Shown here: positions 16,734 through 26,216 of the stretch, one piece after another
Layout: each line of letters opens with the position of its first letter
How positions within the stretch are numbered: position 1 is the first letter of the stretch
Assembly: GCA_016185565.1 (NCBI GenBank)
Contig: JACPNH010000049.1
Span: forward strand, 1-42,139
Direction: 5' to 3'
Origin: Candidatus Woesearchaeota archaeon
GTDB taxonomy: Archaea > Nanobdellota > Nanobdellia > SCGC-AAA011-G17 > JAGVZF01
DNA: 42,139 nucleotides
Notes under the pieces: generated by a model
The model's input: only the letters and a program-made list of their open reading frames with translations
Told to the model about the DNA's origin: nothing
The model's database searches: none
Made by a program: the position numbers and the translations under genes

Positions 16734-17443
16734 ATAAAATGGTGGAAGTCACAATAATTGCAGCTTTTCTTGCGGGTATTGTTTCTTTTTTAAGTCCTTG
16801 CATTCTGCCTTTAATACCAGGATTTTTAGCTTATTTGGCTGGTGTAAATCCAGAAGATAGTTCTGCAAAAGCTAGAACAAAGATGTTCTTAAACAGCTTA
16901 ATTTTTGTATTAGGGTTTTCAGCAGTTTTTTCTTTGCTCGGAGTTTTATTAAATAGCATTCTTGAAAAGAACTCTTATACAATTCAATTATGGCTGAGTA
17001 GAGTTGGTGGTGTTATAATTATTTTATTTGGCTTTTATGTTTTAAAATTAATAAAAATCCCATTCCTTGAGAAGGAACATAAGTTGCAAATAAAGGGATT
17101 AAAGCCAAGCTATTTCGCTTCATTTTTATTTGGGGCAGCTTTTGCCGTCGGCTGGACTCCTTGCGTGGGTGCTGTTCTAGGAGCTATTTTAACTTTAGCA
17201 TTAACAAACCCTGGGCAAAGTTTTTATTTACTTTTAAGTTATGCAATCGGTTTGGGTATTCCTTTTTTAATTGTAGGGATATTTTCAACTAAAGCTCTAA
17301 CCTTAATAAAGAAAAATGAAAAATTCTTTAAATACTTTAATGTATTTGTAGGCATATTTTTAATAACCCTTGGAGTATTGGTTTTTACACAACAATTAAG
17401 TAGGGTTGCGAGTTTGGGTGTTGTTAGCAGATTGGTGCCATAA
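16730..17443 (+). CDS. ccdA: CcdA-family thiol:disulfide electron-transfer membrane protein (copy 2)
   Basis: Contains FLSPCILPLIPGFLAYLAG and GWTPCVGAVLGAIL and has six or more hydrophobic helices. It overlaps the upstream gene by 4 nt. Confidence 0.85.
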   Translation: MNKMVEVTIIAAFLAGIVSFLSPCILPLIPGFLAYLAGVNPEDSSAKARTKMFLNSLIFVLGFSAVFSLLGVLLNSILEKNSYTIQLWLSRVGGVIIILFGFYVLKLIKIPFLEKEHKLQIKGLKPSYFASFLFGAAFAVGWTPCVGAVLGAILTLALTNPGQSFYLLLSYAIGLGIPFLIVGIFSTKALTLIKKNEKFFKYFNVFVGIFLITLGVLVFTQQLSRVASLGVVSRLVP

Positions 17444-17444
17444 A

Positions 17445-18635
17445 TTATTTTGCAGTTACAATCTCTATTACATCAAGGTTTTTTAATTTGTGGTCTTTTC
17501 CAATAATCTTTTTAGTTTTTATATCTACAGCCTTAATGAAATTATTTCCGATATCAGAATGTATCTTAAAAGCAAAATCTAGTGCAGTAGAATTTTCATT
17601 AATGAAGATGCAATCGGGCAAAACATTTCCATATTGGTCTGTCAACTTGTTTAATGCAACAGGGAATACTGCTATTTGTTTTGCTAGTTTAAATGTGGCA
17701 GTGTCCAAAATTTGTTGAACCCCTGTGCTGCCATACTTATTAAGAACATTTTCTTGTATGTAATTTAAAGCATTTAACTGCTTCTCATTTAATTTTCCAG
17801 TAATCTCAAACTTATTGCTTCCTGGGATATAAGAAATTAAATTATGTTTTGAGGCTTCTCTTAATGCTAATTCAGAGTCTGCAGAGCATGGTATTATAGT
17901 ATAATTAGAAAATTGTTTTTTTATTCTTTCAAAATTTTGCTGAGCCTCTGGAATATCAATCTTGTTTGCTGCAATCAGCATAGGTTTGCTCAATACCCTT
18001 AATTCTTTTGCTAATTGCTTTAAATTTTCGTCGCTCCATTTTGTTGGATCTTCACTAAGCCTTAATTTCTTTAAAGAATTTTCTACCATAGATTCTGAAG
18101 CTTTCAATCCAGACAATTGCTTGAACAAAGCTTTGCTTATTTGCTGCTTCTCTTGTTGAACTTGTCTTGAAAATTTTTCCCAGCCTTTTTTTAATATCCC
18201 AAAATACCACATATCTAGTTCTATTTCAAGAAATTTGATGTCATTCTCTGGATCATATGAATTTACTTGAACTAGCTCACCATATTCATTTGTAGATCCT
18301 GAAGCGTCTACAATATGAATCAAGACATCTGCCTGAGATAGGTCATTCAGAAATTGATTCCCTCGACCTTTGCCTAGATGTGCCTCTGGAACAAGACCAG
18401 CTACATCTATTAGCTGCACTGGAACGAATCTGATTCCATTTACGCAGTATCCAAACTTTGGATTGCATTTTACATTAAAAAATTTCTCAGCACATTCTAC
18501 TCTAACAAATGCAACACCTTCATTTTTTTGTATTGTTGTGAATGGATAATTTGCAATTGTAATATCTGCTAAAGTTGTTGCCTTAAAAAATGTAGATTTT
18601 CCAATGTTGGCTTTTCCAACCACACCTATTATCAT
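17445..18635 (-). CDS. OBG-family GTPase/ATPase (YchF-like) with a C-terminal TGS domain
   Basis: Contains GVVGKANIGKST (P-loop), ANYPFTTI, IDVAGLV and AANKID. The C-terminal part is GKDHKLKNLDVIEI. Confidence 0.8.
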   Translation of the reverse strand: MIIGVVGKANIGKSTFFKATTLADITIANYPFTTIQKNEGVAFVRVECAEKFFNVKCNPKFGYCVNGIRFVPVQLIDVAGLVPEAHLGKGRGNQFLNDLSQADVLIHIVDASGSTNEYGELVQVNSYDPENDIKFLEIELDMWYFGILKKGWEKFSRQVQQEKQQISKALFKQLSGLKASESMVENSLKKLRLSEDPTKWSDENLKQLAKELRVLSKPMLIAANKIDIPEAQQNFERIKKQFSNYTIIPCSADSELALREASKHNLISYIPGSNKFEITGKLNEKQLNALNYIQENVLNKYGSTGVQQILDTATFKLAKQIAVFPVALNKLTDQYGNVLPDCIFINENSTALDFAFKIHSDIGNNFIKAVDIKTKKIIGKDHKLKNLDVIEIVTAK

Positions 18636-18772
18636 TTTTATTATGTTTTTAATTCAGAATAAAAGTTTTTCTGTTAGTTATGTTACACTAAAAGATAGGC
18701 TTATAAATTTATTGTGTACATATAATATTTCAATATATACTATACATTTATAATTGTGATTTGGTGATTTGA

Positions 18773-19843
18773 TTGAAAGAAGAAAAAAAGTCTTTGGAAA
18801 ATTATGTTAAATCTTATGTTAAATTCTTTGCCAAAGTAAATGCTTTATTCTTGAGCTATTCATTAATAGGGAATACATTTTTACATTCAGTAGTTAATGC
18901 ATCACCATCTGCTAAAGATAATGATGTTGTAATAACAGCCCATTCTGAGGATAGTGAACCTATTGCTAATTTCAATACCATATATGTAAATGCTACAAAT
19001 GGCAATATAACCTATTATCCTAAAACTGGGAGTTTTATAGGAACTTTTACATCCAGTGATGGAGCTGCCTATTCTGATTCTACTGTACAAAAAGGATTTG
19101 TAAAAGAACTAGAAAAAATAAGTAGGGGTGTTGACATTATTGCCTTTGGAAACAGAGATGCATCTTTAATTGCCCATGGTATATACAGCATTAAAAAAAG
19201 AAGTGATGGGACTTATTATTTTGAGAGAACAACTGTTTCTGAAAAATTAATTTACAGCGATACAGAGGCTTCTAAACCGGAAAAAAAGCAATCTACCCAG
19301 AAAGAGCAATATGCGCACGAAACAACGGTTAAAAAACCTAAGCCTGAAATAGCGCATCGCCCTAAACAAGCTGTAACATCAATAATAAAACCACAAGTTG
19401 CGCCAGACAGACAAAATACTGTCTATGATAAGCCTATTAGTGCAGAAAAAAAAGAAACAGCTGAAGAAAAACCTAAATTACCTAGGTATATTATGCTCAC
19501 TGATAAAACTGAAACTGTTCCAATGATAAGAGAAATAAAACCTTCTGCTCATCAATTGGCGCAATTAACTCCATCACCAAAAATTAAAGAGCCAAAACTT
19601 GTAATTCCAAAATTAGAAATTACAGCAAGTGCAAGAACTGATAGTTTAGAGGGTATTGTTGGCGAAAACCAAATAGCTAGAATAAATGAAAGGATAGCAC
19701 AAGACTTTGAGAAAAAGAGTAATTATACTGTGCCTATATTAGTGGCTAGTTTTTTAACTGGAATTACATTGGCTGCAATTCTAAGCAATGATGGAGAAGA
19801 AAGCAAACCTGTAAAAAATAACACTCGTACAGGAATCAAATAG
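18773..19843 (+). CDS. Pro/Lys-rich protein with N-terminal and C-terminal hydrophobic anchors (paralog A)
   Basis: TTG start. The order is an N-terminal hydrophobic segment, a globular domain of about 130 aa, a K/P/E-rich linker, DSLEGIV, a C-terminal TM helix and the tail ...TRTGIK. Confidence 0.55.
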   Translation: MKEEKKSLENYVKSYVKFFAKVNALFLSYSLIGNTFLHSVVNASPSAKDNDVVITAHSEDSEPIANFNTIYVNATNGNITYYPKTGSFIGTFTSSDGAAYSDSTVQKGFVKELEKISRGVDIIAFGNRDASLIAHGIYSIKKRSDGTYYFERTTVSEKLIYSDTEASKPEKKQSTQKEQYAHETTVKKPKPEIAHRPKQAVTSIIKPQVAPDRQNTVYDKPISAEKKETAEEKPKLPRYIMLTDKTETVPMIREIKPSAHQLAQLTPSPKIKEPKLVIPKLEITASARTDSLEGIVGENQIARINERIAQDFEKKSNYTVPILVASFLTGITLAAILSNDGEESKPVKNNTRTGIK

Positions 19844-19960
19844 ATAATAGACTCCTTAATTTTTACCATTTTAAAATAGTTACAAAAACGAAACTTTTAT
19901 AAATGGGTTCTATATGCTAGAATCTATATAACTTAAACTTTATTATAAAAAATAAATAAT

Positions 19961-20998
19961 GTGAGCTATAAAATGAGTCAAGAAAAAAATTCGGTTGATA
20001 GTTATGTTTATTCTGGTAAAATTGCTAGTTGGGATACTAGAAGTATTAGAGGATATATAAAAAATTCTTTTTATGGTTTTTTAACAGCAGCTGTTCTTGC
20101 TTCTTCAGTTGGCATGCCTGAATTAAGTCATGCTTCTCGTAGAATAATAGAAACCACAACTGCAAAATATGATACTACAAATACTACAAGAAAAACTACA
20201 CAAATAAAACTCCATCAAAAATGGTCGTTACATCCTCGTTTTGGATTATTAAATAAGCTTGAGGCTACAGTTCATGATCCTAAGGGTAAAGACAATATAA
20301 AATTTGAAAGAGGCTATATTGATGAAAAATTCGGACTTTTTGGACTAAGCGGCGATAGATACGCAGGGATAGAATTAAGTACTAAAAGAGATACTTCTTA
20401 TGTTCCAAAACCAGTACATGTAACACCCAGTAAAAGAAGACCTTCTAGACCGCGCGCACTAAGCGCTCCAAAAAAACCAGCGGTCGAAGAAATCAAAGAG
20501 AAAAAACTTATAGCCCCACCCTATACTACTCAACCAGATACTACCAAAAAAATTTCTCTAGAAGATATATATAAAAAATTAGAACGTATACAAGAAGAAT
20601 TAGCAAAAGAGGCATATCAACCACAAATTAGACCTACAGAAGAAAAGCCATCAAAACCTTCTATACCATATACACCCTTAAATGTACCAGAAGTACCAGA
20701 AGACACCTCTCGTGTTGAGGAAAAACCATTACCATATAAGCCTCCCCAATTACAAGAATTACAAGAAAAACATGAAGAGACGCATCCTGATAGTTTAGAG
20801 GGCATAATAACTCCATTACCACCATTACCATTAACGCCACAACCCATATCAAAAGTTTCTGAAAAAAAAGGCCATAAAATTTTGTACTGTGCTTTATTGG
20901 TCGGAATAGCTGCTGGAATAGCTTATGCAATAAAATCACAGGAAAAAGAAGAACCTTCTGATGTATTAAAAAGAAGGGGTGGAACTGGCGTCAAATAA
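19961..20998 (+). CDS. Pro/Lys-rich protein with N-terminal and C-terminal hydrophobic anchors (paralog B)
   Basis: Starts at GTG 19961 or ATG 19973. It has the same architecture as 18773-19843: a proline-rich linker (PSKRRPSRPRALSAPKKP..., PLPPLPLTPQP), DSLEGII, a C-terminal TM helix and the tail ...GGTGVK. Confidence 0.55.
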   Translation: MSYKMSQEKNSVDSYVYSGKIASWDTRSIRGYIKNSFYGFLTAAVLASSVGMPELSHASRRIIETTTAKYDTTNTTRKTTQIKLHQKWSLHPRFGLLNKLEATVHDPKGKDNIKFERGYIDEKFGLFGLSGDRYAGIELSTKRDTSYVPKPVHVTPSKRRPSRPRALSAPKKPAVEEIKEKKLIAPPYTTQPDTTKKISLEDIYKKLERIQEELAKEAYQPQIRPTEEKPSKPSIPYTPLNVPEVPEDTSRVEEKPLPYKPPQLQELQEKHEETHPDSLEGIITPLPPLPLTPQPISKVSEKKGHKILYCALLVGIAAGIAYAIKSQEKEEPSDVLKRRGGTGVK

Positions 20999-21016
20999 AA
21001 ATAGCAAGGAGATAAA

Positions 21017-23119
21017 ATGTTTACAAAAAATATAAACAAATTTATGTTTGTGATGTTTTCATTATTTTTGATATTGCCTTTTTCAAGCATCGACGTTAAT
21101 GCTAATGTTTCTGTAACATACACCTATAAAAATTCGCAGGGACAATTACAAGAAGATGTAGATTTTCTTGTATTCGATTGCCTTGATGCAAGCTGTAGAA
21201 ATGTAGAAATTCCAGCATTTGTAAATGGAGACAATTCGGGAAATTCTAATGATTATTTGCCTAATTATGATATCACAGTCACATATCCCTCTACACAAGA
21301 AACTGCATATGGATATTCAGAGTACCATTACAAAGATGGCTATTTGCCAATGGAGTTTTTTGTTACAGCTCATGGAAACTTAGTTTCAAATGAAGATATC
21401 ACATTCACAAAAAAAGCTGACTGTTCAAGCCATGTGGAAAACTTCAGGATTATTAATGCTGAAAAACCCAACTTGCCTATACAAATATTTGTAAAAACCA
21501 AATTAGACGCAACAACCTTTAGTGCTTTTAGTACAAATCCCGACACTCCTGAATATGTGCCTATGCAATTCAAAGACTTTTATAGTGCTGAAACTAAAGT
21601 GACATTAAAGATATATGACAGTAATAATTTAGTTGTATTCAGCAAACAACAAATTGTTAATTTATTCATGGATTCTAGCGAAGAAATAAAGTTTGAATGG
21701 ATTCCAACAAGGGCTGGCGAATATAAAGTTGTGATGAGCACAGATGTAACAGACAATCAATGTTCAAGTTCAATACCTCAAAGCGTTAGCTCTGAGTTTA
21801 CTGTTGTAAGGACCTCATTAGACAAGTGCTATACCTTAATAAATAATCTGAGAACAAGTGTAATAGAGCCTTTCGTTAGCGAGAATGTTGAAATAAAAGC
21901 AAGCAAAATCAGCAATTACAGAGATGCTGATGGAGATTTGCAGGCATTGGCAACGGATGTTGATTTAAAAATCTTTGATCCTGATGGAAATCTAATAAAC
22001 TCGCAATTCAAAGCATTACCTAAAAATTCTGACACAGTAAATCCTGTAGAATTTAGCTTTAACTGGGTCCCAAGTGAAAATGGATTACATACAATTAAAG
22101 TCCATGGTATTGCTAATGATCCAATATGCCAAGGAAAAGAAAACCTTGATGAGACAGAAACAATGAATATTCTTGTTAAAGATCAAGGAAGAATAGACTT
22201 GAACTTAAGGATGATTGGCAATAAAGAAATAAATGAAAATTCTGAATTGAGATTTGGTATTAAAGCAGACTATAATGGAGGAAAGGAATTAAGGTTTTCA
22301 GCAGAAAACTTGCCTGAAGGCGCTTCCTTTAATCCTAGAACAAAAGAATTTTCATACAAACCAAGCTACGATGTAGTGAGTCATTCCTTGTTAAATGATG
22401 TACTAAATTTAGTGGGAATAGATTTAAGCAAAGATTTCTTAGTTACTTTTAAAGTAACAGATGGAACCTTGAGTGATCAAGAAATAATAAGAATTAGAGT
22501 AATAGACGTAAACAGGAACCCAGAATTAGCTTTTATAAATAATATAGAAGTAAAAGAAGGAGACTTAGTAAAAATAATTCCTAGTGCGAGTGATGCTGAT
22601 AGAGACAGTCTAAAATTTTTCTTTACTAGGCCTTTAAACAGTAGAGGAGAATGGAGAACTAAAAGAGGTGATATGGGAGTTTATTTTGTGACAGTAACTG
22701 TAAAAGACAATTTTAATGGACAGGATTCGCAGCAAGTAAAGATAAAAGTAAATCCTGTTCCTGATAAAATACCGCTGCCACCTGAAGAATTTGTACAAGT
22801 AAAAAATCATAAATTAAGAACAACCTCCTTATTCATAGAAAATGAGAAAGTAAAACCAGGAGATTATTTAGTAGTGTACACTAAAATAAAGAATGACGGT
22901 GAACTTGATGAAAGTAATGTTAAAATAAGGATGACGATTCCAGAGCTTGGAATAGTAGAGCAGAGAGCTGTCAACAGTCTAGAAATAAATGACCAAAGGC
23001 TTAGAATATTTATGATAAATATTCCTCTTGGAACAAAGCAGGGTTTTTATGTATTAAAGAGTCAGGTTTTTAATTCTAATTCACAGGAAACAGAGGCAAT
23101 AGAATTTGAGGTGACATGA
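21017..23119 (+). CDS. Large secreted surface protein with Ig/cadherin-like and CARDB-like domains
   Basis: Signal peptide. Contains LRFSAENLPEGASFNPRTKEFSYKPSYD and ASDADRDSLKFFF, which are cadherin-like or putative-Ig patterns. The C-terminal part VKPGDYLVVYTKIKNDGELDESNVKIRMTIPELG is CARDB-like. Confidence 0.6.
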   Translation: MFTKNINKFMFVMFSLFLILPFSSIDVNANVSVTYTYKNSQGQLQEDVDFLVFDCLDASCRNVEIPAFVNGDNSGNSNDYLPNYDITVTYPSTQETAYGYSEYHYKDGYLPMEFFVTAHGNLVSNEDITFTKKADCSSHVENFRIINAEKPNLPIQIFVKTKLDATTFSAFSTNPDTPEYVPMQFKDFYSAETKVTLKIYDSNNLVVFSKQQIVNLFMDSSEEIKFEWIPTRAGEYKVVMSTDVTDNQCSSSIPQSVSSEFTVVRTSLDKCYTLINNLRTSVIEPFVSENVEIKASKISNYRDADGDLQALATDVDLKIFDPDGNLINSQFKALPKNSDTVNPVEFSFNWVPSENGLHTIKVHGIANDPICQGKENLDETETMNILVKDQGRIDLNLRMIGNKEINENSELRFGIKADYNGGKELRFSAENLPEGASFNPRTKEFSYKPSYDVVSHSLLNDVLNLVGIDLSKDFLVTFKVTDGTLSDQEIIRIRVIDVNRNPELAFINNIEVKEGDLVKIIPSASDADRDSLKFFFTRPLNSRGEWRTKRGDMGVYFVTVTVKDNFNGQDSQQVKIKVNPVPDKIPLPPEEFVQVKNHKLRTTSLFIENEKVKPGDYLVVYTKIKNDGELDESNVKIRMTIPELGIVEQRAVNSLEINDQRLRIFMINIPLGTKQGFYVLKSQVFNSNSQETEAIEFEVT

Positions 23120-23212
23120 GCAAGAGTTATTAACTACCGAAAAGTTTATAAATTAGTTTATAACTCTAAAATGATAATATTAAACCTTAAAATTTTAAGG
23201 GGGGGTCAAAAA

Positions 23213-24550
23213 ATGAATAAAATACTGAAAATAGTGAACGTGTTTTTTGTGGCATTATTGCTATTAGTGCCAAGTTATGTTAAAAATGTAAGATCAGCAG
23301 AATCTCCTGACTATTTTATAGAAAGGATTGATGTTGATGGCACAACTGTTTTTGAGGGCGATCTTAATAGAGTTAGTCGGGACACGGTGAATCTTGAAAG
23401 AGGAGAGACATTGACAGTTGAAGTATGGGTGAGGGGTGTTGAAGATATTGGAGATAATAATTTAAGCGGTGATACTGTAGATAATGTAAAAGTAAAAGCC
23501 TTTATGAGCGGTGGTGAATTTGATGATGTCGAAGACACATCTGATGTATTCACTGTAAGAGAAGGTGTTCTACATAAAAAAGTATTAAGATTAGACATAC
23601 CAGAAGACTTTGATATTGAAGACGAAACAACTACTTTAAATATTGAGGTATTTGATGGCGACAATAGTAGAGAAGAAGATCTTGAATTGAATATCGTAGA
23701 GAAGAGACATGCCTTAAACATATTAGATGTAATACTTAATCCTGGCTTGACAGTTGAATCTGGCAAGACGGTATTTGGAACCGTTAGGGTAGAAAATCTA
23801 GGCGAAAAAACAGAAAGAGATGTAAAAATAGTTATGTCGATTCCAGAACTAGGATTAAGCACTAGAACATTTATAGATGAACTTGTAAATGAAGAAGACG
23901 CAGAGAATGACGATGAAGATGACAAAGTAAGCGCTTCTAGCGATGAATTATTCTTGAAGATACCAGAAGACACTAAAGAAGGAACATACACCTTAAAGTT
24001 TGATGTTGTATACAACAGAGGACATTCAAGTTTAACCAAGACATATGCCTTGAATGTTAAAGGTATTGCTCCAACTCTTGTAAAGGAACAGGCAATTGCA
24101 AGCGTTGATACCACATTACAAACTGTTGAGGCAGGAAAAGGTGCTATATTTAAGGTTATGGTGACAAATCTTGGAACTAAGACGATGACTTTCAGTACAG
24201 ATGTAGCAGGTGTTACAAGCTGGGGCAATTCAAGAGTTGATCCGGCATCAGTAACAGTTGCTCCCGACCAAACTGGAGAAATGTTTGTATTTATAGGAGC
24301 AAATGAAAATGCACAAGCAGCAGATAATGCAGTAACCTTAACTGTAAAATCTGGAGAGAATATAGTAAAACAAGTTCCAGTAACAGTTAAAGTAAGTGGA
24401 GCACAAACACAAGATACATTCGGCAGCTTAAGAAGAGGCCTAGAAATTGGGTTCATAGTATTATTAATAGTACTAGTAATCCTTGGCTTGATACTTGCTG
24501 CTAGAAAACTTGGTGGCAAAGAGGAAGAAGAAGGAAAAACTTACTACTAA
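23213..24550 (+). CDS. S-layer-like or surface protein with CARDB-like domains and a C-terminal TM anchor
   Basis: The G-rich SD (AAGGGGGGG) 6 nt upstream favours the ATG at 23213 (MNKILKIV..., a signal peptide) over the track start at 23171. Contains VRVENLGEKTERDVKIVMSIPELG, acidic stretches, the C-terminal helix IGFIVLLIVLVILGLILAA and a charged tail. It sits directly upstream of EF-1alpha. Confidence 0.6.
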   Translation: MNKILKIVNVFFVALLLLVPSYVKNVRSAESPDYFIERIDVDGTTVFEGDLNRVSRDTVNLERGETLTVEVWVRGVEDIGDNNLSGDTVDNVKVKAFMSGGEFDDVEDTSDVFTVREGVLHKKVLRLDIPEDFDIEDETTTLNIEVFDGDNSREEDLELNIVEKRHALNILDVILNPGLTVESGKTVFGTVRVENLGEKTERDVKIVMSIPELGLSTRTFIDELVNEEDAENDDEDDKVSASSDELFLKIPEDTKEGTYTLKFDVVYNRGHSSLTKTYALNVKGIAPTLVKEQAIASVDTTLQTVEAGKGAIFKVMVTNLGTKTMTFSTDVAGVTSWGNSRVDPASVTVAPDQTGEMFVFIGANENAQAADNAVTLTVKSGENIVKQVPVTVKVSGAQTQDTFGSLRRGLEIGFIVLLIVLVILGLILAARKLGGKEEEEGKTYY

Positions 24551-24553
24551 AAC

Positions 24554-24575
24554 TTCTTTCTTTATTTCTTTTTTT
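24554..24575 (+). terminator. Oligo-T tract, possible archaeal terminator
   Basis: TTCTTTCTTTATTTCTTTTTTT lies immediately after the stop at 24550. Confidence 0.3.
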
Positions 24576-24717
24576 CATTAATAAAAATGCTATTTTATAC
24601 CATAATTTAAAATCTCGTCGATAATTTAATTTATAAAAAAACAAAAAATCAAAAGATTTATAAATCAAAGCAAAATTCGTTTTTCAATCACAATAAAAAT
24701 TATAGGAGACTAAGAAG

Positions 24718-26004
24718 ATGGCGAAGCAAAAACCGCACTTAAACATAATATTTGTGGGTCATGTAGACCATGGGAAGTCAACTACAGTCGGTAGACTATT
24801 ATACGATACAAAGAATATAGACGATCAAACCTTAAGAAAGTTAAAGGAAAAGGCTCAAGAGCTTGGGAAAGTAGGTTTTGAGTTTGCTTTTGTAATGGAT
24901 CAGTTAAAGGAAGAAAGAGAAAGAGGCGTAACTATTGATCTAGCACATAAGAAATTTATTACAAATAAATATGAGATTACAATTATAGACGCTCCGGGAC
25001 ATAAGGACTTTATTAAAAACATGATCACAGGAGCTTCACAAGCAGATGTTGCTATTCTAGTTGTTGCAGCCACAGACGGGGTAATGGCTCAAACACAGGA
25101 GCATGCCAGACTATTGAAAGTATATGGTGTAAATCAAATAGCGGTTCTAATAAACAAGATGGATGCTGTCAACTATGACCAAAAGAAATTCGATCATATC
25201 AAGAATGACGTGTATAATTTATTGAAAAGCATTGGCTATAATGTAAATGAAATACCATTTATACCAGCTTCCGGATTCAAAGGAGATAATATTGCAACTA
25301 AATCTTCAAATATGACTTGGTATAATGGACCTACATTACTAGAACAATTCGACCATTTCAAGGAGCCAGAAAAACCAATTAGCTTGCCATTAAGACTGCC
25401 TATACAAGACGTATATAACATTACTGGTATTGGGGTAGTTCCAGTTGGCAGAGTTGAAACTGGTGTAATGAAAATAAATGATAAGGTAATAATCGTACCT
25501 GCAAGAGAAGGCAAGGGAGTAACAGGAGAAGTTAAGACAATAGAAATGCACCATGAACAAATACAAGAAGCAATACCTGGAGATAATATTGGATTTAATA
25601 TAAGAGGAATTGGAAAGAAAGACATAGCTCGCGGAGATGTAGTTGGGCATACAGACAATGTGCCAACACTAGCAACAGAATTCACAGCGCAAATTGTAGT
25701 GATAAACCATCCTACAGTCCTCACTATAGGGTATACTCCAGTATTCCACATACACACAGCACAAGTAGCTTGCCAAATAACTAAGATATTGAGAAAAATT
25801 AATCCTGCATCAGGAGAGGTATTACAAGAAAACCCAGACATGTTAAAAAATGGGGACGTGGCAATAGTTCAAATAAAGCCTACTAAACCTTTAGTAATTG
25901 AAAAGCAGAAAGACATTCCACATATGGCAAGATTTGCAGTAAGAGATGCTGGAAACACGGTAGCTGCCGGAATGTGTATCGACTTAGTCAAAAAACAAAT
26001 TTAA
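24718..26004 (+). CDS. tuf: Translation elongation factor EF-1alpha
   Basis: Contains [23 protein letters not shown]...[19 protein letters not shown]...DAPGHKDF...NKMD. An AGGAG SD lies 7 nt upstream. Confidence 0.95.
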   Translation: MAKQKPHLNIIFVGHVDHGKSTTVGRLLYDTKNIDDQTLRKLKEKAQELGKVGFEFAFVMDQLKEERERGVTIDLAHKKFITNKYEITIIDAPGHKDFIKNMITGASQADVAILVVAATDGVMAQTQEHARLLKVYGVNQIAVLINKMDAVNYDQKKFDHIKNDVYNLLKSIGYNVNEIPFIPASGFKGDNIATKSSNMTWYNGPTLLEQFDHFKEPEKPISLPLRLPIQDVYNITGIGVVPVGRVETGVMKINDKVIIVPAREGKGVTGEVKTIEMHHEQIQEAIPGDNIGFNIRGIGKKDIARGDVVGHTDNVPTLATEFTAQIVVINHPTVLTIGYTPVFHIHTAQVACQITKILRKINPASGEVLQENPDMLKNGDVAIVQIKPTKPLVIEKQKDIPHMARFAVRDAGNTVAAGMCIDLVKKQI

Positions 26005-26113
26005 ATATTAGTTTCTAATTTGAACTAAAAAATAAACTGCTTTGATACATTTTTATGTTATTTAAATCTGAAAATATATATAGAACATAGTGTAACTTTT
26101 GTTGAGATTTCTT

Positions 26114-26162
26114 AATATTTGTAATCCCTAATAATTAAACATAAAATATTTGTAATCCCTAA
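26114..26162. promoter_or_regulatory. Two copies of the 18-bp direct repeat AATATTTGTAATCCCTAA, 31 bp apart
   Basis: Exact copies at 26114-26131 and 26145-26162, just upstream of the promoter at 26180. The first 11 nt equal the right half of the 9461/13789 palindrome. Confidence 0.45.
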
Positions 26163-26179
26163 ACTTATGCATCTTAGGC

Positions 26180-26197
26180 AGAAACATTTTTATATTA
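26180..26197 (+). promoter_or_regulatory. Promoter module AGAAACATTTTTATATTA (copy 1)
   Basis: BRE-like AGAAAC plus a TATA box. The ATG at 26217 is 37 nt from the start of the module, which gives leaderless geometry. Confidence 0.5.
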
Positions 26198-26216
26198 GAA
26201 AAAAATAATAAAATAA

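Noticed and set aside
23311-24519. A 402-aa minus-strand ORF opposite the S-layer-like gene.
   Set aside because: It has Ser/Thr/Pro-rich, low-complexity composition and lies entirely antisense to a gene with a signal peptide, recognisable domains and a C-terminal anchor. This is a typical shadow ORF.
25236-25841. Minus-strand ORFs of 201 and 86 aa inside the EF-1alpha gene.
   Set aside because: They are antisense to an unambiguous, highly conserved tuf gene.
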